Positions 36,774-45,975 of a stretch of 53,836 nucleotides of DNA are shown here, piece by piece; position 1 is the stretch's first letter, and each line of letters starts with the position of its first letter. A program made the position numbers and the translations under genes. Source of the DNA: Candidatus Proteinoplasmatales archaeon SG8-5 (GTDB taxonomy: Archaea > Thermoplasmatota > Thermoplasmata > SG8-5); assembly GCA_001595885.1 (NCBI GenBank), contig LSSH01000059.1, positions 1-53,836 of the forward strand, read 5' to 3'. Under the pieces are notes generated by a model. It ran no database searches, was not told the origin of the DNA, and saw only the letters and a list, made by a program, of their open reading frames with translations.

Positions 36774-37979
36774 TCACATGAACACCAGGGCAAGGGCCAG
36801 TGCCACTATTAGTATTATCAGGGCAGGAGGCACTATCTTCTTCAGAAAGGCCTTCAGGTCAACCCTGAAGTACTCGAGCGAAACAGATATGCAGGGGTGG
36901 ACGGGCGATATCAGATAACCCATGAATATGCTGATGTAGCAGATGGCGAAGTGGAGGGGCGCCATCGCACCGAGCCCGGTCGTCCCGAGGTAGATGGGGA
37001 TTATTATCGAGGCCGGGACCTGTATCCTGCCGGTAACCAAACCCAGTAGGAAACCGAATCCCACGCACAAGCCAACAGCGGACAGGTCGAGGGAGGCTAT
37101 CAGCTCGGGAACCCCGGACCTCAGGAACACGCCCAGGAAGAGGAACATCCCAAGGATTATCAACCCGAAGTTCCACGGCTTCATCTTCTTTGCCACAACG
37201 GAAACCTTCGAGGCCGGAAGACGGGAAAAATAATAGGCAAGGACCAATGAAATCATAACGCCGGTGACAAGGGCCGACTCCCTTATCGGAACACCGATTC
37301 CCCGGAAAAGTATGAAATCGAAGATGGGCGCGGCCATCAGAACGCCCAGCGGGATAAACAGGCCCTTTCTGGAGAAGGGCTCGGGACCGGATATCCTGCC
37401 CTCGGCCTCCCTGAGGAAGAAGAGGTATCCGATCAATATGGTGAAAGCGAAGAAGGGGAAGAGATAGGGTATGACCTCGTAAACACCCAGGCCTGCCAGG
37501 TAAGTGGCCACGATCAGCGCCGTGCTGAGGGGATAGACAAGATATATCACGTGCCTGAACCAGACGTTGAGGGCGACCTTCGTGTCGCCGCGGACACCTT
37601 CCCCCCCTCTCCTAACCAGCGGGGCGGAGAGCAAGGCTCCGCCCGGCATGGGCAGCATGCCGACCAACGCGGGGGAGATGCCCAGGAACGCGCGCCTGCG
37701 GATCCTCAGATTGTTAACAAGGCTCTTCATCTGACCGGACGCCTCCATGATGCCTCCTATCATCGGGATGAGGGCTACGGCGAGTGCCAGGAACAGTATT
37801 CCAATATCAGTGAAGGTATCCGTTCCCACACCCCAAAAGTCGTCGGGGGCCATTGTGAAGTAGGCCAAGACCAAGGATGCGGCGAACAATGAGAACCCGA
37901 GGTGCCATCTTGAAAGGACCAAGATGGTTAGAATTGACAGAATAAATCCGGGCCAGACCAATTCGTTCATTGGTTGCAC
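36774..37979 (-). CDS. DUF401-family polytopic membrane protein (putative ion-transporter superfamily permease)
   Basis: More than 10 TM segments. Contains MLPMPGGALLSAPLV and WFRHVIYLVYP, blocks remembered from the DUF401/COG1906 family. Confidence 0.6.
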   Translation of the reverse strand: MQPMNELVWPGFILSILTILVLSRWHLGFSLFAASLVLAYFTMAPDDFWGVGTDTFTDIGILFLALAVALIPMIGGIMEASGQMKSLVNNLRIRRRAFLGISPALVGMLPMPGGALLSAPLVRRGGEGVRGDTKVALNVWFRHVIYLVYPLSTALIVATYLAGLGVYEVIPYLFPFFAFTILIGYLFFLREAEGRISGPEPFSRKGLFIPLGVLMAAPIFDFILFRGIGVPIRESALVTGVMISLVLAYYFSRLPASKVSVVAKKMKPWNFGLIILGMFLFLGVFLRSGVPELIASLDLSAVGLCVGFGFLLGLVTGRIQVPASIIIPIYLGTTGLGAMAPLHFAICYISIFMGYLISPVHPCISVSLEYFRVDLKAFLKKIVPPALIILIVALALALVFM

Positions 37980-38186
37980 ATGGGCCAGAGAGAGATAAGG
38001 GTTTTGGAGTACGACTCTTTATCAATATCCACGCGTGTCAAACCGACAAACAGACTTCGTATTAAAATGAAGGCAATCGCTAGTTTGTCTGCCTGGACCA
38101 ACTTCTTAGTCGCGAAATTTGTCAATTCGTAGTTGGTCTGGCTTGATTTTACAGAATACATGTACTAACTTAAAAAAATCAAGCAG

Positions 38187-38259
38187 CGCCCCGGCCGGAA
38201 TTTGAATCCGAGTCCCGGGCTCGACAGGCCCGGATGATAGGCCACTACACTACCGGGGC
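38187..38259 (-). tRNA. tRNA-Asp (anticodon GUC)
   Basis: Hand-folded cloverleaf. Acceptor GCCCCGG/CCGGGGC with discriminator G. Anticodon stem CGGGC/GCCCG with loop CTGTCGA. T arm TCGGA-TTCAAAT-TCCGG. No encoded CCA. Confidence 0.9.
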
Positions 38260-38359
38260 ATATTGCGGTTGATTACAGTGAATATGATGCGGTGGTAAAT
38301 AGTTCAGCGCTCCCGCATTGGCGCACCGAATCACAAACACCCTAAAAACTCCCTGATTT

Positions 38360-39598
38360 TTAATGGTTTGGATAGACCTCTCCTCTGAGATGCGTCTTTT
38401 CATGACCAATTACGGTCACTTCATACCAGTGTCCCAGGGGCATATGGTTCTTAATAACAATGGGCCAGTAGTCTCGAGTCCTGAGGAATGTTGTCCCTGG
38501 TTGACGGCGCTCAGTCGCCAGTGCCTTGACCGTGTCACCGACCCTCCCATCAAACTTCTTTGACAGAATATCGAATCTCAGATCAGTCAAGCTTCGGGAC
38601 CTCTCCTTTGCGATTCTGCTGACAACTTGCTCCCCCATTTCAGCCGCAGGAGTGTTGGGTCTGGTCGAGAACCTTGTTACGTTCACGATATCCGGCACAG
38701 TCTTTCTTATCAACTCTAGCGTTTCATCGTGATCTTCGTCCGTCTCTCCTGGAAATCCAACGATAATGTCCGTGGATATCGTAGAATCCGGATAGGCCCC
38801 TCTGAATGTATCGAGTATTCTGACGAAGTCCTCAGCCGCGTAACCGCGATCCATCCTATCCAGAACGGCGTCGCTTCCAGATTGGACGGGCAAGTGCAGG
38901 AATCTGAAGACCTTATCGTGTGTATATAACTCGATAATATCGTCAAGAACGTGTTTGGCATACCTTGGGTTCATCATGCCTATTCGGATCATGAATTCCC
39001 CGTCAAGCTTTGTCAGGGCGGAGACGAGCGTGTTAAGGTCACTCGAGATGTCCCTGCCGTATATGACCGTGTCCTGCGCGCAAACCTGAAGCTCGACTGT
39101 GCCGCGCCCGATCAGGTGCTTGGCCCTGTCAACGATGTCGTTCACTGGCCGGCTCTTCAACTCCCCCCTGGCGGCTTTCGTGACGCAATAAGCACAATCA
39201 CCAAGGCAACCGCTGGCAACAGGCAATATTCCGATTGGGGATTGTATGTAAGTTACCGCAGATGCGGTTCTGACATTGGCCCCAAGATGTTCCAACGCGG
39301 CTGGATTATCGGTCGGTTGTATCAGTATGGCCTTCGGGGCCACCGCGAGAATCTTCTCCGGGGCGATGTTACCGAGACAGCCGCATATCAACAGCTTCTC
39401 GAATCCGGCCAGTTCTCTGATCCGCTTGAGCATGCGACGTTCCGTGGTCTCTATGACACCGCAGGTGAAGAGGACCGCGGCATCGGCATCATCCACGTCA
39501 TCGGTTAGGCCATACCCGGATTCCAACACTGCTTGCGAGAACTCTTCGCCCTCGCCCCTGTTGAGCGTACAACCGTAGGATTCGACGAGCACCTTCAT
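38360..39598 (-). CDS. MiaB-like radical SAM methylthiotransferase, archaeal MtaB/CDKAL1 type
   Basis: MKVLVESYGCTLNRGEGE (UPF0004 domain), radical SAM SGCLGDCAYC and a C-terminal TRAM-like domain. Confidence 0.85.
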   Translation of the reverse strand: MKVLVESYGCTLNRGEGEEFSQAVLESGYGLTDDVDDADAAVLFTCGVIETTERRMLKRIRELAGFEKLLICGCLGNIAPEKILAVAPKAILIQPTDNPAALEHLGANVRTASAVTYIQSPIGILPVASGCLGDCAYCVTKAARGELKSRPVNDIVDRAKHLIGRGTVELQVCAQDTVIYGRDISSDLNTLVSALTKLDGEFMIRIGMMNPRYAKHVLDDIIELYTHDKVFRFLHLPVQSGSDAVLDRMDRGYAAEDFVRILDTFRGAYPDSTISTDIIVGFPGETDEDHDETLELIRKTVPDIVNVTRFSTRPNTPAAEMGEQVVSRIAKERSRSLTDLRFDILSKKFDGRVGDTVKALATERRQPGTTFLRTRDYWPIVIKNHMPLGHWYEVTVIGHEKTHLRGEVYPNH

Positions 39599-39694
39599 AC
39601 ACTTGCGCAAATATGTTAGGTTAATTATCTTATCGGTACCCTACCCCCAGAACTATTAAATGGGAGATTGGTAATCCAACCACAAGGTGGCAAT

Positions 39695-40996
39695 ATGAAC
39701 ATCGACAGGCACGTGAGCCTCAACCTGAACATCAGGGGCCTCGAGGAGTCGCCGACATTGGCCTTGAACGAGAGGTCCAATGAGCTGAGCAAACAGGGCA
39801 TTGAAGTGTACAATATGACCATAGGCCAGTCGCCGTTTCCCGTCCCCACCCCGGTCGTAGACGCACTGAAGCACCACGCTGACAAGGGCAAGTACATGCC
39901 GGTCAAAGGCCTCCCCGAACTGAGAAAGGAGGTTGCGGAGTACCACAGGAACAAGGACGGCGTCGAGGACGTGGCCGAGAACGTGCTCATAGGCCCGGGG
40001 TCCAAACAGCTTATGTTCATGCTCCTTCTCGTGTATTACGGCGAGATCATAGTGCCGTCTCCCTGCTGGGTGTCTTATATACCGCAGGCGCAGATCATTG
40101 GCAGGAACGTCCGCATTGTCAACACGACCTTTGAGGACCACTGGAACATGACGGCGGAGCGGTTAAGGGAGCTGTTGGAAAGCGAGCACGACGCCTACCG
40201 GCCGCGCATCCTCGTTCTTAACTATCCGGGAAACCCGGACGGCCTCACGTATACCGTAGAAGAGCTCAAGGAGATCGCCGAGGTGGCCAGGCAATATGAG
40301 GTGGTGCTGCTGTCGGATGAGATATACGGACAACTGCATCACAAGGGCGAACACATCTCGGTGGCCAGGTTCTATCCGGAGGGCACAATAATAAGTTCGG
40401 GGATGTCAAAATGGTGCAGCGCAGGCGGATATCGTTTGGGCACATTCACATTCCCGGACGACCTGACATGGCTGATGGAGGGCATGGCAAAGGCCGCCAG
40501 CCAGACCTACACCTCTGTCAGCGGCCCCATTCAATACGCGGCAATACGTGCCTTCCAGGGCGGACTGTCAATCGAGCGGACGCTTTGGCATACCAGGCGC
40601 ATATATGCCACCGTGGCGAACGAATGCGCGCAGATCCTTACCGACGCAGGGGTCAAGCTCCACCCGCCAGAAGGCGCCTTCTACCTATTCCCGGACTTCT
40701 CACCATTTGCAGATAAACTAAGGGATAAAAAGGGGATCGAAGGGAGTACAGATCTATGCGAATCCCTGTTGAAGGAGAAGCATGTGGCCATCATTCCGGG
40801 GGATGCGTTCGCGCGACCGCCGACCGAGCTCACTGCGAGGATATCATATTGTAACTTCGACGGAGGAAAGGCGCTGGCTGCAAGCGAGAACATAGCCTTG
40901 CACGAGGATCTGCCCGATGATTTTACTGAGAAATATTGCATAAAGACCATCAACGGGGTTAAACGAATAGTGGAGTGGCTGTCTGAAGTTGATTAG
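39695..40996 (+). CDS. Class I/II PLP-dependent aminotransferase (AspC-like)
   Basis: LNYPGNPDG and the PLP-lysine block SGMSKWCSAGGYRLG. ATG at 39695 is preceded by AAGGTGG. Confidence 0.8.
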   Translation: MNIDRHVSLNLNIRGLEESPTLALNERSNELSKQGIEVYNMTIGQSPFPVPTPVVDALKHHADKGKYMPVKGLPELRKEVAEYHRNKDGVEDVAENVLIGPGSKQLMFMLLLVYYGEIIVPSPCWVSYIPQAQIIGRNVRIVNTTFEDHWNMTAERLRELLESEHDAYRPRILVLNYPGNPDGLTYTVEELKEIAEVARQYEVVLLSDEIYGQLHHKGEHISVARFYPEGTIISSGMSKWCSAGGYRLGTFTFPDDLTWLMEGMAKAASQTYTSVSGPIQYAAIRAFQGGLSIERTLWHTRRIYATVANECAQILTDAGVKLHPPEGAFYLFPDFSPFADKLRDKKGIEGSTDLCESLLKEKHVAIIPGDAFARPPTELTARISYCNFDGGKALAASENIALHEDLPDDFTEKYCIKTINGVKRIVEWLSEVD

Positions 40997-41073
40997 GAGC
41001 GCCGTTCACCCCGAGCACCGTTAAGGTCTGTGAACCTTGGGAAAGCTTATATCGGGTCTTGCCTATTCAGTTA

Positions 41074-41322
41074 ATGATAATTATGGATCAACAGACCAGG
41101 GATGCAAAGGTGCGGCAGCGCGAGGCCAAGCAGAAGGTGAAGGACGCGAAGCAGGTCGAGAAACAGGCCAAGGCCCAGGCCAAGGCAGCGAAATTGGTGG
41201 CGAAGGCCACCAAGATCGAGGCAAAAATACAGAGAAAGGAGATGGAAATCAGTAAGATGAGGGCCAAGGTAAGGCAGCTGAGAGAGAAGGCCGACCGAAT
41301 ACAGGGCAAGGCGCGCCCGTAA
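41074..41322 (+). CDS. Small Lys/Ala/Gln-rich coiled-coil protein of unknown function
   Basis: MIIMDQQTRDAKVRQREAKQKVKDAKQVEKQAKAQAKAAKLVAKATKIEAKIQRKEMEISKMRAKVRQLREKADRIQGKARP. A CTTATAT box lies about 25 nt upstream of ATG 41074. Confidence 0.5.
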   Translation: MIIMDQQTRDAKVRQREAKQKVKDAKQVEKQAKAQAKAAKLVAKATKIEAKIQRKEMEISKMRAKVRQLREKADRIQGKARP

Positions 41323-41335
41323 TCGTTCAGAGGCA

Positions 41336-42406
41336 TTGGCAGTGTCGATACCGATATTCTATAGTAGCCAGCTGGCCAATTTTAACTTCGGTCCCGGGCA
41401 CCCGTTCACGGGCGAGAGGTTCGAGAGCTATACGGCGCTCCTGGAGAAGTCAAGTGTCATGGACAAGTGCGAGTTCCTACCGCTTGAGACGGCCAAAGAG
41501 GAAGACCTGTTGTTGGTTCACACCCCCGAATATTTGAAACTAGTGAAGTTCTACGAGGAAACGGGCGGTTACCTCAGCATGGACACGCCCGTGACGCCCT
41601 CCGTTGTCGAGATCCAGGCCTTAATAACCGGCTCAGGCCTTCAGGCAGCAAAATTACTCGTTGAGGGGGCAGAAAATACGGCACACACCTTCGGCGGTTT
41701 CCATCATGCAGGCCGCGATTACGGAGAGGGTTTCTGCGTCTACAACGACGTTGCCATAGTTGCAGAGGCCCTGATTAAAAGGCACGGTCTGAGACGCATC
41801 CTGATATTGGACACGGACGCTCACCAGGGCAACGGTACGATGGACGTATTCTATACGAATCCCAACGTACTCTTTGTATCCATACACCAGGACCCGCGGA
41901 CCCTTTATCCGGGAAAGGGCTTCACATGGGAGATAGGGAAGAACGAGGGGAAGGGCTACACCGTGAACCTGCCCATGCCGCCGTATGCCGGAACCGGGCA
42001 ATACGACCTTGTGTTCGACGAGATAGTCACGCCCATCTCGAAAGAATTCGCCCCTGACGTCATTATCCGGAACGGCGGCTCGGACCCCTATCATGCGGAC
42101 GCGCTCACCAACCTGGGCCTGGACCTAGATGGCCTGTATAAGCTGGGAAAGAGCGTAAGCGCGATATCGGACGCCACGTGCGGAAGGCTCCTCGACATGA
42201 TGGTGAGCGGGTACGGGAACATGGTGATTTACGGTTGGCTGGCACTGTTCTGTGGCCTAGAGGGCCTGGATATTGATTATAAATCGGCATCACCGGAAGA
42301 ACCCGGGCATTTACACGAGCCCGATAACGAGGGCCTCACAAGTTGCACCGAGGCGATGATCGGGGACCTGAGGGCCCACCTGAGAGAATATTGGACAAGC
42401 ATCTAG
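41336..42406 (+). CDS. Zn-dependent histone deacetylase-family enzyme (AcuC / acetylpolyamine amidohydrolase / protein lysine deacetylase)
   Basis: GPGHPFTGERF, GGFHHAGRDYGEGFCVYND, and ILILDTDAHQGNGT (Zn ligands). TTG at 41336 or GTG at 41342 is the start. Confidence 0.85.
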   Translation: MAVSIPIFYSSQLANFNFGPGHPFTGERFESYTALLEKSSVMDKCEFLPLETAKEEDLLLVHTPEYLKLVKFYEETGGYLSMDTPVTPSVVEIQALITGSGLQAAKLLVEGAENTAHTFGGFHHAGRDYGEGFCVYNDVAIVAEALIKRHGLRRILILDTDAHQGNGTMDVFYTNPNVLFVSIHQDPRTLYPGKGFTWEIGKNEGKGYTVNLPMPPYAGTGQYDLVFDEIVTPISKEFAPDVIIRNGGSDPYHADALTNLGLDLDGLYKLGKSVSAISDATCGRLLDMMVSGYGNMVIYGWLALFCGLEGLDIDYKSASPEEPGHLHEPDNEGLTSCTEAMIGDLRAHLREYWTSI

Positions 42407-42455
42407 CCGGATTACTATAACAAGATTTATATCCTATTCTCGATATATAGGTCGA

Positions 42456-44024
42456 ATGATGGATGGGATGCAGTCGAATTCAGATTTTGATGAAGAGACG
42501 GTCGAGAACTTGGATGCCGTCCACGAGGATGAGGAAGCAGAGGGCTTCGGTACCGCATACGAAACCGGAGACATGCCCCACGGGATGGTTGGCATAGTGT
42601 ACGGTGATGTGGGCACATCGGAGCTCAAGTGCAGCGTTACAGCGCCCCTCGAGAAGGGCGAGTACGTCACGATTAAACACCAGACCTGCGGCGAGATCCT
42701 CGGCCAGGTGGACAAGATGGAGAGGAAGACGGACCTCTCACTCGACAAGGCAATCCAGATGTCCCAAGGCGAAGAGATGGACATACAAGAGAAGGTCCTG
42801 GCCATGGTCAACGTCATCGGGTATCGGGACGACCGCGGGCTCCTGCAAACGCCCAAGGTCCCGTTCAAGGCGGGCACACCCGTCACCAGGGCGGAGGATT
42901 CACTGATAACCGAGGTCATCGGGATCAGGCACAACGACAAGACGGGTGCCTACATCGGCATGCTGAACGGTCACGACGTCCAGATCCAACTCGACATAAA
43001 CGAAATGGTACAGAAGCACGTGAGCGTATTGGCCAAGACGGGCGGGGGCAAGAGCTACATGACCGGCGTTCTTGTGGAGGAGCTGATCAAGCACGACGTG
43101 ACGGTCCTGGTCATTGACCCCCACGGCGAGTACGGCTCTCTCAGGGATGCGGGCGAGTCGTCGGATTATGCCGCCCGGTTCGGTATTTCGCCCAAGGGTT
43201 ACGGGGGCAAGATAATCGAGTTCTCCCCCGACACCAAGGTGAACTCGAGCGCCCAACCGCTTAAGTTCACCCTTTCCAACCTCGATGCCAGGGATATACT
43301 GGCCCTGACGAACATCAAGAACATGCGCCAGGCCCTGACCTCATTGAAGAACGCAATCGAGATGCTCAGGGCCAACAAGCCAGATTATTCCTTACAGGAC
43401 CTGATACGCACGCTCGAAGCCCAGGAGGACAGCAAGAACGACAACCTCCTGCACGAGCTCCAATACCTGAACGAGATTGACATCTTCGCTGACCGCGGGA
43501 CCAAGCTGGATGAACTAATCAGCAAGGGCAAGACCACGATCCTGAACCTTCGCGGTTCGCCGCCCGACATCGCCCAATTGATAGTCAATCGTATCATGAC
43601 GTCCCTGTTCGAGATGAGGAAGATCAACGCGATACCGCCGATGCTCATCGTCACTGAGGAGGCGCACAACTACTGCCCGCAGCAGGGCCAGGCCTCCTGC
43701 TCAAAAATAATGCGGACCATCGCCTCCGAGGGCCGCAAGTTCGGCCTCGGCCTCGTCATAATCACTCAAAGAGCGGCCAAGGTAGACAAGAACGTGCTCA
43801 GCCAGTGCAACACACAGGTGATACTCAAGATTACGAATCCCAACGACCTGAAGGCGGTGATTTCCTCTGTTGAGGGCCTGACGACGGGCGTGACCGAGGA
43901 GATACAGCAGCTGCCCATCGGCATCGCGATAGTCTGCGGCGGCGGTGTCCAGGTACCGCTGTTCGTGAGGGTAAGGCCGCGGGAGACGAGGCACGGCGGT
44001 GAGTCGGTCAAGGTCATCGAATAG
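42456..44024 (+). CDS. HerA/FtsK-superfamily ATPase (DUF87-type, HAS-barrel N-domain)
   Basis: Walker A VLAKTGGGKSY, VLVIDPHGEYG, Walker B MLIVTEEAHNY and EGRKFGLGLVIITQR. Its own TTTATAT box (42426-42432) lies about 27 nt upstream of the ATG. Confidence 0.8.
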   Translation: MMDGMQSNSDFDEETVENLDAVHEDEEAEGFGTAYETGDMPHGMVGIVYGDVGTSELKCSVTAPLEKGEYVTIKHQTCGEILGQVDKMERKTDLSLDKAIQMSQGEEMDIQEKVLAMVNVIGYRDDRGLLQTPKVPFKAGTPVTRAEDSLITEVIGIRHNDKTGAYIGMLNGHDVQIQLDINEMVQKHVSVLAKTGGGKSYMTGVLVEELIKHDVTVLVIDPHGEYGSLRDAGESSDYAARFGISPKGYGGKIIEFSPDTKVNSSAQPLKFTLSNLDARDILALTNIKNMRQALTSLKNAIEMLRANKPDYSLQDLIRTLEAQEDSKNDNLLHELQYLNEIDIFADRGTKLDELISKGKTTILNLRGSPPDIAQLIVNRIMTSLFEMRKINAIPPMLIVTEEAHNYCPQQGQASCSKIMRTIASEGRKFGLGLVIITQRAAKVDKNVLSQCNTQVILKITNPNDLKAVISSVEGLTTGVTEEIQQLPIGIAIVCGGGVQVPLFVRVRPRETRHGGESVKVIE

Positions 44025-44169
44025 ACTCGTCGATTGTAGGTTGAATGTTTGGATTTTAATATTTAATTTAAGCGATAAGACTTGGAGATTGGCCTAATAT
44101 TCTATCGTAGATTGAGTACATCCGATCAGTCAACGAATTTATTATAACGGTAACACTGATTCCTGACCA

Positions 44170-44856
44170 ATGGACATCTTCTCGCACGTCCTTTGGGCGT
44201 ATGTGCCTTTCAGGAACAAGCTGTGGAGGGACGAGGGCCTGCTGTTCGCGGTCCTTCCGGACTTCGGGTTCCTCCTCATCATCCTTTACGTTTTGCTGGG
44301 AACTCCGCCGCTCGTAGACTTTCCCCAGGCCCTTCCGAAAATGCCCGGTGTTCTCCTGGTCATCTACTTCACGCTCCACAGCTTCGTGACCCTCGGCGTG
44401 GTGGCTCTGATAGTCTGGAAGTACAAACCAAAGCTGCTTCCCGCCCTTTCGGGCTGGTTCATCCATATCATGATGGACATACCGGTGCACGACGGCTATT
44501 TCGGCACACGGTTCCTCTATCCGCTGCTGCCCGACCTCTACATATCGGGTATCAGCTGGGTAGATTACCGGGTCCTGGCGGTAAGCTATCTAGCACTGGT
44601 GATAGTCTATATCTACAGCCTACGAAGGGAGAGGAAGAAGCGGGTGCTGCGCAAGCGATGGAAGCCCGACTGGATAGACAGATTCCACATGAAGGCCGAT
44701 GCCCTAATAAACAGGAAGCCCATTCGTGCGAGGGATGACAAGGGCGGAAGTGTCGGTCGAACACCTGAAGGCCTACCTGGAGAAGACGGAGAAGGCACTG
44801 GCCAAGGCGAGGATCAGTCCGCCGGAGAGGTCCTTCCACAGGACGATGGCCGATGA
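44170..44856 (+). CDS. Membrane protein resembling DUF457/YdjM membrane-bound metal-dependent hydrolases
   Basis: MDIFSHVLW... N-terminus, 4-5 TM segments and IHIMMDIPVHDG. The low-complexity G/E/D tail overlaps the next gene by 131 nt. Confidence 0.5.
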   Translation: MDIFSHVLWAYVPFRNKLWRDEGLLFAVLPDFGFLLIILYVLLGTPPLVDFPQALPKMPGVLLVIYFTLHSFVTLGVVALIVWKYKPKLLPALSGWFIHIMMDIPVHDGYFGTRFLYPLLPDLYISGISWVDYRVLAVSYLALVIVYIYSLRRERKKRVLRKRWKPDWIDRFHMKADALINRKPIRARDDKGGSVGRTPEGLPGEDGEGTGQGEDQSAGEVLPQDDGR

Positions 44857-45031
44857 CTTCTACAGGATGGCAAAGGCCTATTTTAATGACGCGGGCCACT
44901 TCTTCGACGAGGGCGATCACGTCAACGCCTTTGCTTGCGTGAACTATGCCCACGGGTGGCTGGACGCCGGCGCCCGACTCGGCCTCTTCGACGTGGGGGA
45001 GGACGACCAGTTATTCACCCTCAGCGAATAG
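44726..45031 (+). CDS. DUF357-family conserved archaeal protein
   Basis: FYRMAKAYFNDAGHFFDEGDHVNAFACVNYAHGWLDAGARLGL is the signature segment as I recall this family. The start is GTG at 44726 or ATG at 44735. Confidence 0.65.
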   Translation: MRGMTRAEVSVEHLKAYLEKTEKALAKARISPPERSFHRTMADDFYRMAKAYFNDAGHFFDEGDHVNAFACVNYAHGWLDAGARLGLFDVGEDDQLFTLSE

Positions 45032-45113
45032 GAGTATTGTCACCAGATTTCAGGGTTAAAGACACCGGTCATATGTAAGCAGTAAGGTGATTATTACCAA
45101 AACCAACCGGCCC

Positions 45114-45974
45114 TCATCCAGAATCAACCAGTCTGGCCCCGGAATGCGACATCTCTGTTCTGATCACCGAACCGAAGCTCTCCAGCTCTCCACCGCAATC
45201 GCCGAAGGCGAACACCGCGTTGCCCAGCATGACCATGCTTCCCTTTCCTGGATGATTGTCCAGGACCTCGCGCATCCGGCCTGTGAGCAGCCCCGTTTCA
45301 TTGGCGAAGCGGTTTGATAACGAGATGAAGTTTTCGAATCCCGAGTCAAGCAAGAACTCTTCCAGGCACTTGTTGCCGGCGCCTATGATTGTCTTCTTGT
45401 GTCGCTCTGAGGTAATGATGTCCTCCGTGTTCATTCCATCGCCCAAAATGCAGACGCACACCTCATTGTGATCGATAGGAAAATTACGAACCCGGCCGAA
45501 CGCCCCAACCCCCGGAGTCTCGCGTATGACCGCGCCGCCGATGCTTTGGGCGACCGCATCGCCGAGACCGGTCCCGAGCACGATCTCGGAAAGGTGGGTG
45601 GCCTCGAGGGCCCTTTGCTGTGCGTTATCCATATCAAGAATATGAGTCAGGGCCAGACAGGCAGCGAACGTTCCCGCGGAGCTCAGGCCGAAGCCCTGGT
45701 TGAGGGGGGCGTCGAGCTTGATGTCAACCACTATGTGGCCCTCAATCTCCTGTAAAAGGTTCTCAATACCCCTTCGGGTAACAGGCGCGGGATTGTCTAC
45801 GCCGTTTATTGAAACAGCGATTTTCAAATCACTGGCCTCATCATATTCAACGTCTGCTGTTGCACCCGCCTTCACGCAGAACCCGGCCCCGCGCGACCCC
45901 CCCCTCAACATATCGGGGTAAGCGTCATCGATGGTGAAGAAACCAGTGATGTGACCGGGGCAGAAGGCGCGCAT
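45114..45974 (-). CDS. Pantoate kinase (archaeal CoA pathway, GHMP superfamily)
   Basis: MRAFCPGHITGFF N-terminus, GSRGAG, and the GHMP motif NQGFGLSSAG. Confidence 0.8.
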   Translation of the reverse strand: MRAFCPGHITGFFTIDDAYPDMLRGGSRGAGFCVKAGATADVEYDEASDLKIAVSINGVDNPAPVTRRGIENLLQEIEGHIVVDIKLDAPLNQGFGLSSAGTFAACLALTHILDMDNAQQRALEATHLSEIVLGTGLGDAVAQSIGGAVIRETPGVGAFGRVRNFPIDHNEVCVCILGDGMNTEDIITSERHKKTIIGAGNKCLEEFLLDSGFENFISLSNRFANETGLLTGRMREVLDNHPGKGSMVMLGNAVFAFGDCGGELESFGSVIRTEMSHSGARLVDSG

Positions 45975-45975
45975 C

